Source: Elsinoe ampelina
Taxonomy: Eukaryota
NCBI GenBank assembly: GCA_010093995.1
Contig: ML992501.1
Location: forward strand, 330,227-394,226
Direction: 5' to 3'
DNA length: 64,000 nt
Below, piece after piece: positions 1 through 9,914 of this stretch (the first letter of the stretch is position 1; each line of letters begins with the position of its first letter). The position numbers were made by a program, and so were the translations under genes. The notes below the pieces were generated by a model. That model made no database searches. It saw only the letters and a program-made list of their open reading frames with translations, and had not been told where the DNA came from.

Positions 1-795
1 TACCTTTAGGTATTATAACTTGTTATAATTACCTTATTAAGGTTATAGATAGCTATATATAGCTTATATAAAATAACAGGTTTAAATATAGCTTTAATAG
101 TATTTAGAAGTTTCTTTAAAGTCTTTTAAGTTATACTATAGTAAGGTCTAATAGATTTATATATTCTTATTATAATAGCACTATAAGTAATTCTATTATT
201 CTTATACTAGGTCTTATTCCTAACCTTATAGACTGCCTTAGTACCTTTACTAGTATCTAGGGCTAGTTCTTTAGGCTTTATAACTGCTAGTATCTAGTTA
301 ATATTATAAATTATATATCTAAGTATATTCTTTTTAAGGAGAGCTACCTTAAGGGTTAATCTCTAAGTATTATAGTTACTCTCTCTCTTAAGAATCTAAG
401 TCTCGAGTATTTTTACTAATCTAGACATAATAATAGTAATTAGTTAAAGGCCTATTAATTTAATTAATGTAATTAGCTTATTTTAAGCTGTTTAAGCTGT
501 TTAATTAAAGGGTTAATATAGGCTACTATAGGTATTTATCTTAATATAGCTAGTCTAGAATTTAGTATAGGGAGCTTAGTAATTCTTTTAATAATAACAC
601 GCTTAATTTACTATAGCTTTAAGTGCTTTTATAGAAGCGCTAGGCTTATAACCTATTATAACTAGCAAATTAGATCGAGAGACATGTATTTCATTTAGAG
701 AGTTATAATAACTAATTTATCTACTATACGTACGCTAACTTATTAGTGCTAGTTCTTCAGTACTAGAGAAGCTATACTAGCCTTCTATTATAACA
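1..795 (-). mobile_element. RIP-degraded Ty1/copia LTR retrotransposon, 5' end (LTR 654-795, PBS 637-653, decayed internal/gag region running off the window start)
   Basis: Very AT- and TpA-rich with no ORFs. On the minus strand the LTR begins TGTTATAA (795) and ends TTATAATA (654), i.e. TG...CA with CA mutated to TA. It is followed immediately by GGTTATAAGCCTAGCGC, which is the copia-type half-tRNAiMet PBS GGTTATGAGCCCAGCGC with two RIP-type transitions. Confidence 0.8.
654..795 (-). repeat. 5' LTR of the copia element (142 bp)
   Basis: 8-bp terminal inverted repeats TGTTATAA/TTATAATA; adjacent to the PBS. Confidence 0.75.
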
Positions 796-799
796 GGGG

Positions 800-1309
800 A
801 TCGTCACGAAAACACTTTTCGTGGGGAATTGCATTAGATTGCATTAGATTGCGTTGGAAATGAACCTAGGGGTTTTTTTGCTTAGAAGTGCTTAGAAGTG
901 AATCAGAACTACGTTTTTCTACTTTCCTGCTTTCAATTTAGAGTTTCTTGGCATATATTATATATTATAATAAACTAGAAAAAATTCTACGTTTTTTGAT
1001 ATATAATTTGCTTATGTAATATAACTAGATTATTTTTAGAATTAGACTTAAAGTTTAAAACCTTATTTACTAGTATTTAGAGTAGTATTATGTAAGCAAA
1101 CTATATATCAAAAAATGCAGAATTTTTTCTAGTTTATGATAATATATAGGGAAAGTAAATTTACTCTAAATAGACACGTAAAATCGCGAAAAACGCGAAA
1201 ATAGTACGAAAAATAGTAAGGTAATATAACTCTTTTAGGATTTTCCAACGCAATCCTAAGCAATAAACCTAATTCCCTAACTCCCTACGAAAAGTGTTTT
1301 TGTGACGAT
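800..1309. mobile_element. Non-autonomous TIR/foldback (MITE-like) element
   Basis: 28-bp terminal inverted repeats at 800-827 and 1282-1309 (2 mismatches). Subterminal IR GATTGCGTTGGAAA (~847-860 vs ~1242-1255). Internal 63-bp IR at 959-1021 vs 1086-1148 (6 mismatches, 5 of them transitions). No coding capacity. Confidence 0.8.
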
Positions 1310-2549
1310 AGATATAATTCTTTAGCGTCGATATAGACTTACGTATATAGCCCTACAATATTACTAACATTGGTAAAAGACCCTTGCCATCATCTTCGAT
1401 AATCGAGCTTAGCTGGAGAGATAGGGTTCTTGTCTCCGATGAGAACTATACATTGCCAACGAATCCAAATTTTGAGCTGCCGACGGAGTTGATGTATCGT
1501 CCCAACGGTGCGAGACAAACCTGCCAATCACAGCTCGATTCGCTTACGGCGCCACACCTTGTTCTCAACTGCGTGTCATTTTCACGCGATCGACGTCATA
1601 TCTTTCAACCTCGTCTGGAAATTGCAGTCAAAGACACCGCGGAAACAGTGAAAACTACCAGGTCAATCCTTAAGCAGACCGTCAGTAAATGCTCATCTCA
1701 ACCTCGGGATCTGGCAAATCTAGCATCCACCCCAATCGCCGGCTCGTTCCTGCCATTGAAGACAAATTTTCCCTCGTCCGATCTGCAAGGCCCGAGCGGG
1801 CTTGGGATCGCTGGTCGTTGCAGATGATGCAAATACCGATTTACTGGAATGTTCAAGATCTGACAACCTCAGCGGGCACGGTCACGCTCTTAGCTCGAAT
1901 CACACCGCTCCATGTCCTTCCACCAAGCCATCTCCAGGCAAACCATGTACCCACTTCACCCGGATCAGATGCGTGCCCTGACCGCGGGAGATGAATAGTT
2001 TGGCTGCGTCGGAACACAAAATAAAGCTTCACCTTTATGATCGTCGTCGGATGACCACCCCGTTGGTTGGAAGATTGTTTCAATAGCGGGCACCATGACA
2101 TCTCTTCTCTGACCGACACACCCCCTTCCCACTGGTACGCTCGAGAAAACCGCCCCTCATCTGGCTAGGTGACACCCACGGTCCTACCAGGGACGAGGAA
2201 TATCCAAGGAGGACTCGACTCCTGCCCATTGACGCCTTGATTGTCCCTGCGTGGGTTGCTAAGCCATAACCGTTCGGATTTCCAGCTTCACAGGCGGTCG
2301 TGGTATGCTATCTCGCGCCAGTGGAAGATCGTCATTTCGCCGTCCCCACGCTCCAAGGTGAATGCTTAAAGGCCTCCCAAGGGACATATACGTCGGGTGC
2401 CACACCACCTCGCCAGGGATCACCTGACAGCGCACAGGGATATAATTCTCCCCCACCACGAAATACGTCAACGCTCGGCTGGTCATTTCTCACCCTGGAG
2501 AAATCATCTCGACGATTTTGTCCTTCATCGAGGGTACACCGACGGCATA

Positions 2550-4418
2550 ATGTCCGTCAAGGAGCGTGTCCTCATTTATATTCTACGGCGTGATCTGAGA
2601 TTGGCTGACAGCCCCATCTTCAATGAGGTGTCAAAGCTAGCTCAGCAGTCGCAACGACCGTTCACACACTTCTTGCCCGTCTACATCTTTCCGGCCAACC
2701 AGGTTGAGGTCAGCGGCTTCGTGTCTGGACCTGGCAAGAGGTCACCGTACCCAGATGCAAGAAGCGAGGTTGGAGGCTTCTGGAGATGTGGACCTCATCG
2801 AGCCACGTTTCTGGCTGAGAGTGTTTGGGATCTCAAGAAGGATCTCGAGAAGGTTAAGAGTGACTTGACGATACGCGTCGGCACGGTCAACGATGCTGTC
2901 AGGTCACTACTGCAGGGGTTCAATGCGGCAAAGGGCGAGACAGAAGTCTCTGCTGTCTACATGACTGGTGAAGAAGGCGTCGAGGAGAAACGCGAAGAGC
3001 GTGACGTCAGGAAGCTATGTGGCGAGTTCAAGACAGATTTCAAGCTGTTCAAGGACGAGAAGTATCTGGTCGACGAGTGAGCTCTGACGGTGACGCGTCT
3101 CGAAAGACAGACACTGACCTTGGCTAGTCGAGACTTGCCATTCAAGGATGCTCGCGAGCTATCAGATGTCTTCACGTCTTTCCGCAAGACTGTCGAGCCT
3201 CTACGCTCAGCGCCCCGCAAGACGATCCCAGCGCCAACTTCGCTCCCTCCTCTACCAACCTCCATCCCACCTCAATTTGACCCATTCGCCATCCCCGACT
3301 CTCTAGACGGTCTGATCTCAGCTCTCCACTCCCACATCTCCCCCACCCTCCACATCCCCGACATGCCTTCATTCCCCTCCAACGTCTCCTCCGCCCACCC
3401 CTTCAAAGGCGGCTCCAAAACAGGCCACGAGCGCATCCGCCATCTGATCACATCCGGCTCCATGACCGCCTACAAAGACACCCGCAACGGTCTGCTGGGC
3501 GAGGACTTCTCCACCAAACTCTCCGCCTGGCTCGCCCTCGGCAGCATCACGGCCCGCCAAGTCCATTTCTACCTCATCGACTTTGAAGACGCCCGCACCG
3601 ACCTCGGCAAAGGCGTGCAAGGCTACGGCAAAGGCGAAAACAAAGGCACCGCTGCGGTCCGCTTCGAGCTGCTCTGGCGCGACTACATGCGTCTCTGCAC
3701 GCGCAAGTTCGGCCCGCGCCTGTTCCGCGTGGAAGGTTTCCGCGACGACAAGAATGCGAATTGGAAGTACGTCTCGCCTCTCGGCAAGGGGGGAAAGGCG
3801 AAGGACGATACGGAGAAGGCGGTGCTGAGGTTCCTCCAGGGGAAGACGGGCACCGGACTGATTGATGCTAGTCAGCGCGAGGTGTTCCTCACTGGGTACA
3901 CGAGTAATCGCGCGAGGCAGAATGTGGCGAGTTACCTGGCGAAGCATCTAGGGATTGATTGGCGCATTGGAGCGGAGTGGTATGAGGCTACGTTGGTGGA
4001 TTATGATGTTAGCTCGAATTGGGGGAATTGGCAGTATGTCGCGGGGGTAGGGAATGATCCAAGGGGGGAGCAGAGGGTGTTCAATCCGGTGAAGCAAGCC
4101 TTGGATTATGATGGGAAAGGGGAGTATGTCAAGGCTTGGGTAGAGGAATTGAGAGGGCTGGGGGAGTCGGGGGAGGAGTTGATGGGTGTCTTTCAGGCGT
4201 GGAGGTTAAGTGAGGGACAGAGGAAGAATTTGGGATTGGATGGTGTGGAGTGGGTCGAGAAGCCCTTGGTGAGAATTGATTTCCAGCTTAACAGGAGGGG
4301 TGGTGGGAGTGGTGGTCGTGGAAGGGGCAGAGGTGGAAGAGGTGGCGGTGGAGGTGGTAGGGGTAAGGGTGGCATGGGAAGGCGAGGTGCAATGGAGAAA
4401 GGTGGTATGATTGGCTGA
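2550..4418 (+). CDS. cry: Cryptochrome DASH (photolyase/cryptochrome family); exons 2550-3076, 3128-4418
   Basis: RRDLRLADSP N-terminal motif; FAD-binding motifs (YKDTRNGL, ELLWRDY, GYTSNRARQNVAS, DYDVSSNWGNWQY, GVGNDPR); GT-AG intron 3077-3127 restores YLVDDRDLPF; RGG-rich C-terminal tail. Confidence 0.93.
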
Positions 4419-4934
4419 TGGACAATGTCTTGATACGGCGGGAGCAGATGTGTACGATTAGATATCTCCTTTGCTGGCATGGCCTGGTCTTGGACTTTGT
4501 AGCATTTTCTTGCCTTGCCTCATCTGATATTGTCTCCAAAATATATATACCGGACTACAAACAACGTGCACAGCATTGGTCAGACCCCGATACATATGCT
4601 AAAGTTGTTAGAGCCTGCAGAGACAGAGTCAATCTGGTTTAATACCACAACCTGACATAGATTCTATCAACACCTGGCGAGCGTATTAGCAGAATTTTGA
4701 CACTGTGCAAAGAGACCGCCCCGTCCTGTAACATCACGACTACAAATTGTGCACTACTCATCAGCATTTTGCATCAGCCATCCGATTGACTCACAAACAG
4801 TACAACAACTGTTTTCTTTTTTTGAAGCCTTCACGAGCAACAGCGGTCTGATAGTCATTCCAGGCATCACGATGGACTCCCAATAACATTCAACGTTTGC
4901 AGCGTTGGATAATCAGATCTGCGAGAACGCAGAC

Positions 4935-7115
4935 ATGGCGAACGAAGTATCAGAGTCAGACGTGATCGATCAGAAGCACATACAAGAAGATGCCGACCAT
5001 CAGCATGGGCATGGGCATGGCCACACCACCTCATTCGAGCAAGACTCCCTTCCCGACGGATGGATCCCACAGTCCAGCATTCCAACAAACTTTCTTCCCG
5101 AACATTTTGAGAAGTGTATGGACAACCTCCTCAGAAACCCAAATGTGCTCTCATCCCATCTGTTCAGAGCAGATGTCTTGTACGACTCCAACACTGACAA
5201 GGCACTCCTGGATTGGACCGGACAAGGTTTGCCATATCAAGATCCAGAATCTTCAGTATCGCACGGTCACGGCAAGCCAACGGATGGGTCAAAGGTCTTC
5301 CGAAGTCTCACACAGCACATGAGAGCAGAACTTCGACCAAGGATCATCGATGCCAGAGGCTTCAAGTGGCAACGAACAGTCGTCAGGGAGATGGTTCCTC
5401 GTAATCAGAACCTGGACAAGAAGATGATACAGACAGTGCACTTCTTCTCACGTACTAAACCCTCAGGATTTAACCCCAACCATGGATCCTCGGAGTTCTA
5501 CCAGGGCGAGTCGAAGACCTCCCTTGTCTTCTACCTCCCTCACATCTCCAGTCCGCAGCTAATGCCCTTCTACCACCCAAAAGTACAAGGACTCTGCTTC
5601 ATCCATACCTGCACGTATGCATCCCAACCTCACTCCGCCCCGGATGACCCATCTACCAATGGTCATCTAAGTATCTCCATCCTTCCTTTTCCCTCACTCC
5701 CCCTTACCTCTCTCCAACCCCTCCCTCGCATCGTCCACAACCTCCTCACGACAATCTCCAAACATAGCCATGGAGCTCAGAACGGGTATCAAAAGCGTGT
5801 TAACCATGATGTGGTGGTCCCGCAGCGAAGATTTCAGGACACGTACGCGAGGCTGAAGGAGAAGTACGCGAGGGGCTTGTGCGAGGGGTGGCAAGAGGTG
5901 ACGGATCCGGGGAAGCATGTTTTTGAGGATGTGGGGATTGCTGCGTTCTTGGTGGAGCTGTGGGGGGATATGTATGATCTGGGTGGTGGGGGAGATGGGG
6001 TAGTGAAGGTTGGAGCCCATGGTGGCGAGCAGAATGGCGAACCTGGTGGAAACGGCTCTGATCTTGCTAGAGAAGCGAAGGAAGATGGCACGCTTGAGAA
6101 GTCGAGTGAAGGCCATGATTCGACTGATTCTCGCGGCACACGCACGGCAGCAGGGAAAGGAAAACCGATGTTCCCAGGTTTCGTGGACATAGGCTGTGGC
6201 AACGGTCTTCTCGTCCACCTCCTCAGATCCGAAGGCTACGAAGGCTGGGGCTTCGACGTGCGAGCGAGGAAGAGCTGGGCTCACTATCCTCAGCACGTTC
6301 AAGATAACCTCAAAGCCCTCACTCTGGTTCCCGACGTCCTGTTCCCAATCTCAAGTCCTGGAACATTGGCGAAGGACCAACATCCAGGCATTTTCCCCTC
6401 GGGCACCTTTATCATCTCGAACCACGCAGACGAGCTTACGCCCTGGACACCTCTGCTCGGATACCTGAACAACAGTCCCTGGATCGCTATCCCCTGTTGC
6501 AGCCACTCTCTCAGCGGAAAGAGATTCAGAGCACCTATCAGCCTGCGTTCTGAGAGGAAGAAGATAAAGGATTACTCCAAAGACGTCACCCCATCCACTT
6601 CCAAGCCGAGGACCTCCTCTCAAACTTCTCCCTCACCTAAAAAGGATGACGGCAAAGACCATTTCCCAGACAACACCGACACCGACCTCCGGACCTCCCA
6701 AGCCGCAGAGACCGGCTCCCTTCTTCGCTCTTTTGCTTCCATTCCCACTCCTCATCCTGCCGCGCTTCCACCAAACCCCTCCTCTCAAAAGAAAGGCTCC
6801 AAAACCCCTGTACCATCAGCCTACTCCTCCCTAACCGCCTACGTCTCCCTCCTCGCCGGCGCGATGGGCTTCCATCCAGAAACAGAAATGCTCCGCATCC
6901 CCAGCACGCGCAACGCTTGCATCGTCGGTCGTAGCGGTGAGATTTTGGTCGAACGGGAGAAGGGAACAGAGATGGACGAAGAAGAGAGAGAGAGGAGGAA
7001 GCAGAAAGTGAGGGCGTTTGTGGAGGGGGAGATGGGGATGAGCCTGGAAGAGGTAGGGAGGGAGTGGCTGGAACGCGCGGGCATGATATCGGGCAAGAAG
7101 GGGGAGGGACATTAG
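4935..7115 (+). CDS. TRM44: tRNA (uridine-2'-O)-methyltransferase Trm44
   Basis: YQKRVNHD, W.EVTDP.KHVFEDVGIAAFL, SAM motif FVDIGCGNGLLV, ISNHADELTPW, IPCC, LRIPSTRN. First ATG is at 4935. Confidence 0.9.
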   Translation: MANEVSESDVIDQKHIQEDADHQHGHGHGHTTSFEQDSLPDGWIPQSSIPTNFLPEHFEKCMDNLLRNPNVLSSHLFRADVLYDSNTDKALLDWTGQGLPYQDPESSVSHGHGKPTDGSKVFRSLTQHMRAELRPRIIDARGFKWQRTVVREMVPRNQNLDKKMIQTVHFFSRTKPSGFNPNHGSSEFYQGESKTSLVFYLPHISSPQLMPFYHPKVQGLCFIHTCTYASQPHSAPDDPSTNGHLSISILPFPSLPLTSLQPLPRIVHNLLTTISKHSHGAQNGYQKRVNHDVVVPQRRFQDTYARLKEKYARGLCEGWQEVTDPGKHVFEDVGIAAFLVELWGDMYDLGGGGDGVVKVGAHGGEQNGEPGGNGSDLAREAKEDGTLEKSSEGHDSTDSRGTRTAAGKGKPMFPGFVDIGCGNGLLVHLLRSEGYEGWGFDVRARKSWAHYPQHVQDNLKALTLVPDVLFPISSPGTLAKDQHPGIFPSGTFIISNHADELTPWTPLLGYLNNSPWIAIPCCSHSLSGKRFRAPISLRSERKKIKDYSKDVTPSTSKPRTSSQTSPSPKKDDGKDHFPDNTDTDLRTSQAAETGSLLRSFASIPTPHPAALPPNPSSQKKGSKTPVPSAYSSLTAYVSLLAGAMGFHPETEMLRIPSTRNACIVGRSGEILVEREKGTEMDEEERERRKQKVRAFVEGEMGMSLEEVGREWLERAGMISGKKGEGH

Positions 7116-7168
7116 GACAGAATGAGCAGGGATAGAGAGAAGGAAGAGCAAAGCAACTCGCTGAACAG

Positions 7169-7204
7169 TGGGGTATCATTGGGGCATCATTGGGGCATCA
7201 TTGG
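7169..7204 (+). repeat. Short tandem repeat (TGGGGYATCAT)x3 in the convergent TRM44/RRP43 3' intergenic region
   Basis: tggggtatcat tggggcatcat tggggcatcat tgg read directly from the sequence. Confidence 0.8.
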
Positions 7205-7306
7205 AGATGAACAGAGTGCTGCAATCCTCCGGCTGGCCCTGAGCATTGACGCGCCGAAGTATCTGTGCCGTCGTGGTTGGAAACCCAAAAGGGCGCCTCG
7301 AGAATC

Positions 7307-8308
7307 CTATCTCCTCGTCTCCAAGACAACATTCCGCCACTCGCCCGCCCTCTTCTGCGCCTCCCTCACCACCTCCCCCATCCTCCCCCTCCCAATCTTG
7401 CCCCCGCCCGACTTCTCCACCCTCCTCAACTCCCCCTCCTCCCCGAACACAACCGTCACCGTCTCCCCACAAACCCCCTCCTCGAACGCATCCGTGTCGG
7501 CAAGCAACCACTCCTTCCCCTCTTCCCCCCTGATCTTGCTCTCGGTAGTAAACACCCCGAACGAACACGCCACTGGCGTCCCTTGTAAACGCAACCGCCG
7601 CCCCTCGCTTTTCCGCGGGTCACACACCACCCGCTCCGTGTCGGCATCCCACGTCGCTTTCGGGAGAACGGTATCCTGCAACGCCGCCAGTATCGCAAGC
7701 CAAGCGGCGTCGAACACGGCGCAGTCGTGGGAGATGAGGAGGGTGTCGATGTATAACGCCCAATAGGCCTTTGTCACCTCCTCCTCCACGCCGGTATCGG
7801 GGTCCGTGACTGTGGTTCTGATGCGGAGGTCCGACGGGGAGAGGAGGGATGTGGAGTGGAGGAGGGAGTGCAGGCGGTGGGTGAGTGATTGTGCGAGGGT
7901 GGAGGGAGGGTTGCCCGGGAGGTTCTGTGGGGAGGAGCCGGTGGAGAGTTCGAGGTTGGGGATTAGCAGGGAGAGGTCCTCGATTTCGGTCGATGGGGCG
8001 GAGGGGTTGGAGAGGGAGGTGTAGGGTCGGTAGGGGTGGGGGATGTCTTGTGCGCGCAGGACTTCGGCGCGGACACCGCAGACTACTGACGTGGCGCCGA
8101 GGCGGACGACGGCGGAGCCATTGCTGTGTGTGAGGGAGGAGGTGTGGATGGTGGGGGTGCGGTATTCGAGGGGTGAGCGGCCGCTGGGTCGAGTGGGAGA
8201 GGCCCGCTCGGCGGGTTGGAGGTGCGCAAGGAGGTAAGGCCCGGGAGAGAGCTTGGCGAAGATTGATGCCGGGAAGGAGAGAGGTGAGAGAATTGAAGGG
8301 GTCGACAT
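7307..8308 (-). CDS. RRP43: Exosome core subunit Rrp43 (RNase PH family)
   Basis: RPSGR...HSNGSAVVRLGATSVVCGVRAE, IPNLELSTG, W.LYIDTL.ISHD..VFDAAW.A..AAL.DT.LP, LLADTDAFEE. ATG at 8308. Confidence 0.88.
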   Translation of the reverse strand: MSTPSILSPLSFPASIFAKLSPGPYLLAHLQPAERASPTRPSGRSPLEYRTPTIHTSSLTHSNGSAVVRLGATSVVCGVRAEVLRAQDIPHPYRPYTSLSNPSAPSTEIEDLSLLIPNLELSTGSSPQNLPGNPPSTLAQSLTHRLHSLLHSTSLLSPSDLRIRTTVTDPDTGVEEEVTKAYWALYIDTLLISHDCAVFDAAWLAILAALQDTVLPKATWDADTERVVCDPRKSEGRRLRLQGTPVACSFGVFTTESKIRGEEGKEWLLADTDAFEEGVCGETVTVVFGEEGELRRVEKSGGGKIGRGRMGEVVREAQKRAGEWRNVVLETRR

Positions 8309-8534
8309 TGTTGTGTGGTGGTGTTCAAGGTGAATTTTGTGAACTGGAGAAGACAATTCGGCTGGAATAGCTTTGAGCAAACATGCGGCCGCGTAAGACT
8401 TCCCTTTACACATTGATCGAAATGATCTACGTCATGCTACCCCGGATTTTTGACAGATCGGCCTTCGCAAGAGATCTTGGGATGATACCTTATTCCCTCT
8501 TCTCGTTGTAGCCAATGTCCAGCAGAGGTCCACT

Positions 8535-9370
8535 ATGAACCCATGGGCATTGGTCACTCCAGCTTCGAGGGGCATTGGCCTCGAGGTAGCTCGGCGTCTA
8601 CTGCAAACCACTAAGCTGCCAGTGGTGACGACAGCAAGGAAGGACTTGGACCAAACAAAGGAGAATGTCCTCAACGGACTAGATGGAGTGAAGGAAGATC
8701 GACTGCATGTAATGAGAGCAGATGTACTTGGTAAGAGAGGCGATTGGACCAATCTCCTCTGAGCTGACAAATTGTAGACGAGTCAACACTGGAAGATGCT
8801 GCAAAGAAGTGTGCCCAGTTGTTCCCGAAAAAGGACAACTACCTTCACGTAGCTTTCGCCCTTCCTGGTCTCCTGTTTCCGGAGAAGTCACCGCAGCAGA
8901 TCAAGTACGATGATGCGCTTCTCACGTTCCAAACCAATACACTCGGACCATTGATGCTACTGAAGCACTTCTCACCTCTTCTACCACGCAAGTCAACCAA
9001 GGTATCCTCAAGCGAGGGCATTCCGAATTCTGCAGTATGGGTAACACTATCAGCAAGAGTCGGAAGCATAAGTGACAACTCTTTGGGCGGCTGGTACTCG
9101 TATAGAGCATCCAAGGCAGGAGTCAACCAGATGACAAAGACGTTTGACAATTACCTCAAGACCTCGGCAGGGGATAACGCCATGGCCATTGCCCTGCATC
9201 CAGGCACGGTCAAGACGGGGCTGAGCAAGGAGTTTTGGAACACGGTGAAGCCGGAGAAGCTGTTCACTCCCGAGTTTGCTGCGGAGAAGCTGATCGAGGT
9301 TGTGAACGGGAGATCGATGGATGATCGAGGCAAATGCTTTGATTGGAAGGGAGAAGTGATACCACCTTGA
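8535..9370 (+). CDS. Short-chain dehydrogenase/reductase, CsgA/C-factor-like; exons 8535-8730, 8778-9370
   Basis: LVTPASRGIG Rossmann motif, SARVGSI.DN.LGGWYSYRASK (YxxxK), LHPGTVKT; intron 8731-8777. Confidence 0.9.
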
Positions 9371-9433
9371 ATCAAGATGTTATGTATACGGTATTCTGTC
9401 GTTGTGCTATTTCATGCTCGTTGCATCATTGGT

Positions 9434-9914
9434 CTATTTCTTGTTCAATTCTTCGGCACGTGCCTTCAGCTCGTCCTTGCTGGCGGCTTCGGGAAGCTTG
9501 TCGCTGATTGCGGGGCCCTAATCATTGTCAGTGAAGTCGGAGGTGTGAAGATGCGATAGACTGACAGGATTGGCTTGGTGGTCCTGAATCGTGGCCTTGT
9601 CAGCGTTCTTTCCCTGGTGCAGGCCAGCTGAGGAGGCTGTGGAATCGGACGACTCCTTGGCGACTTGGTCGGTCAAGTCTGCGTGTCATGTCAGTCAATT
9701 GTGGTTTGGATACTGGGTGGGACAATGTACTGCCGTGGGTTTCTTCTTCCTTGGGTTGGACAGGCATCTCTGCGGTAAAGGATGGGTTCTTCTTGGAGTT
9801 TCTCGGCTTTGCGTCTTTCCAATCGAGGCCTACAGACTCGTAGTATTGCTCTTTCGCTTTTTGATATCTTTTGAAATGTTGTTGTAAGTCTGCTGGTCGT
9901 TTGTTGTCTGTCAT
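9434..9914 (-). CDS. Small hydrophilic three-exon hypothetical protein (start at 9914 or 9767)
   Basis: Introns 9679-9730 and 9518-9565 (GT..CTGAC..AG) keep the frame: ...MPVQPKEEETHG NLTDQVAKESSDSTASSAGLHQGKNADKATIQDHQANP GPAISDKLPEAASKDELKARAEELNKK*. Confidence 0.72.

Noticed and set aside
1175..1215. CGCGAAAA repeats in the MITE resembling the cluster at 30292
   Set aside because: The match is too short and low-complexity to infer a TE-derived promoter element.
1384..2549. Several 75-147 aa ORFs upstream of cry-DASH, including the GTG-started extension at 2397
   Set aside because: No recognisable motifs or coding bias, and most begin at non-ATG codons; best read as promoter/5'UTR.
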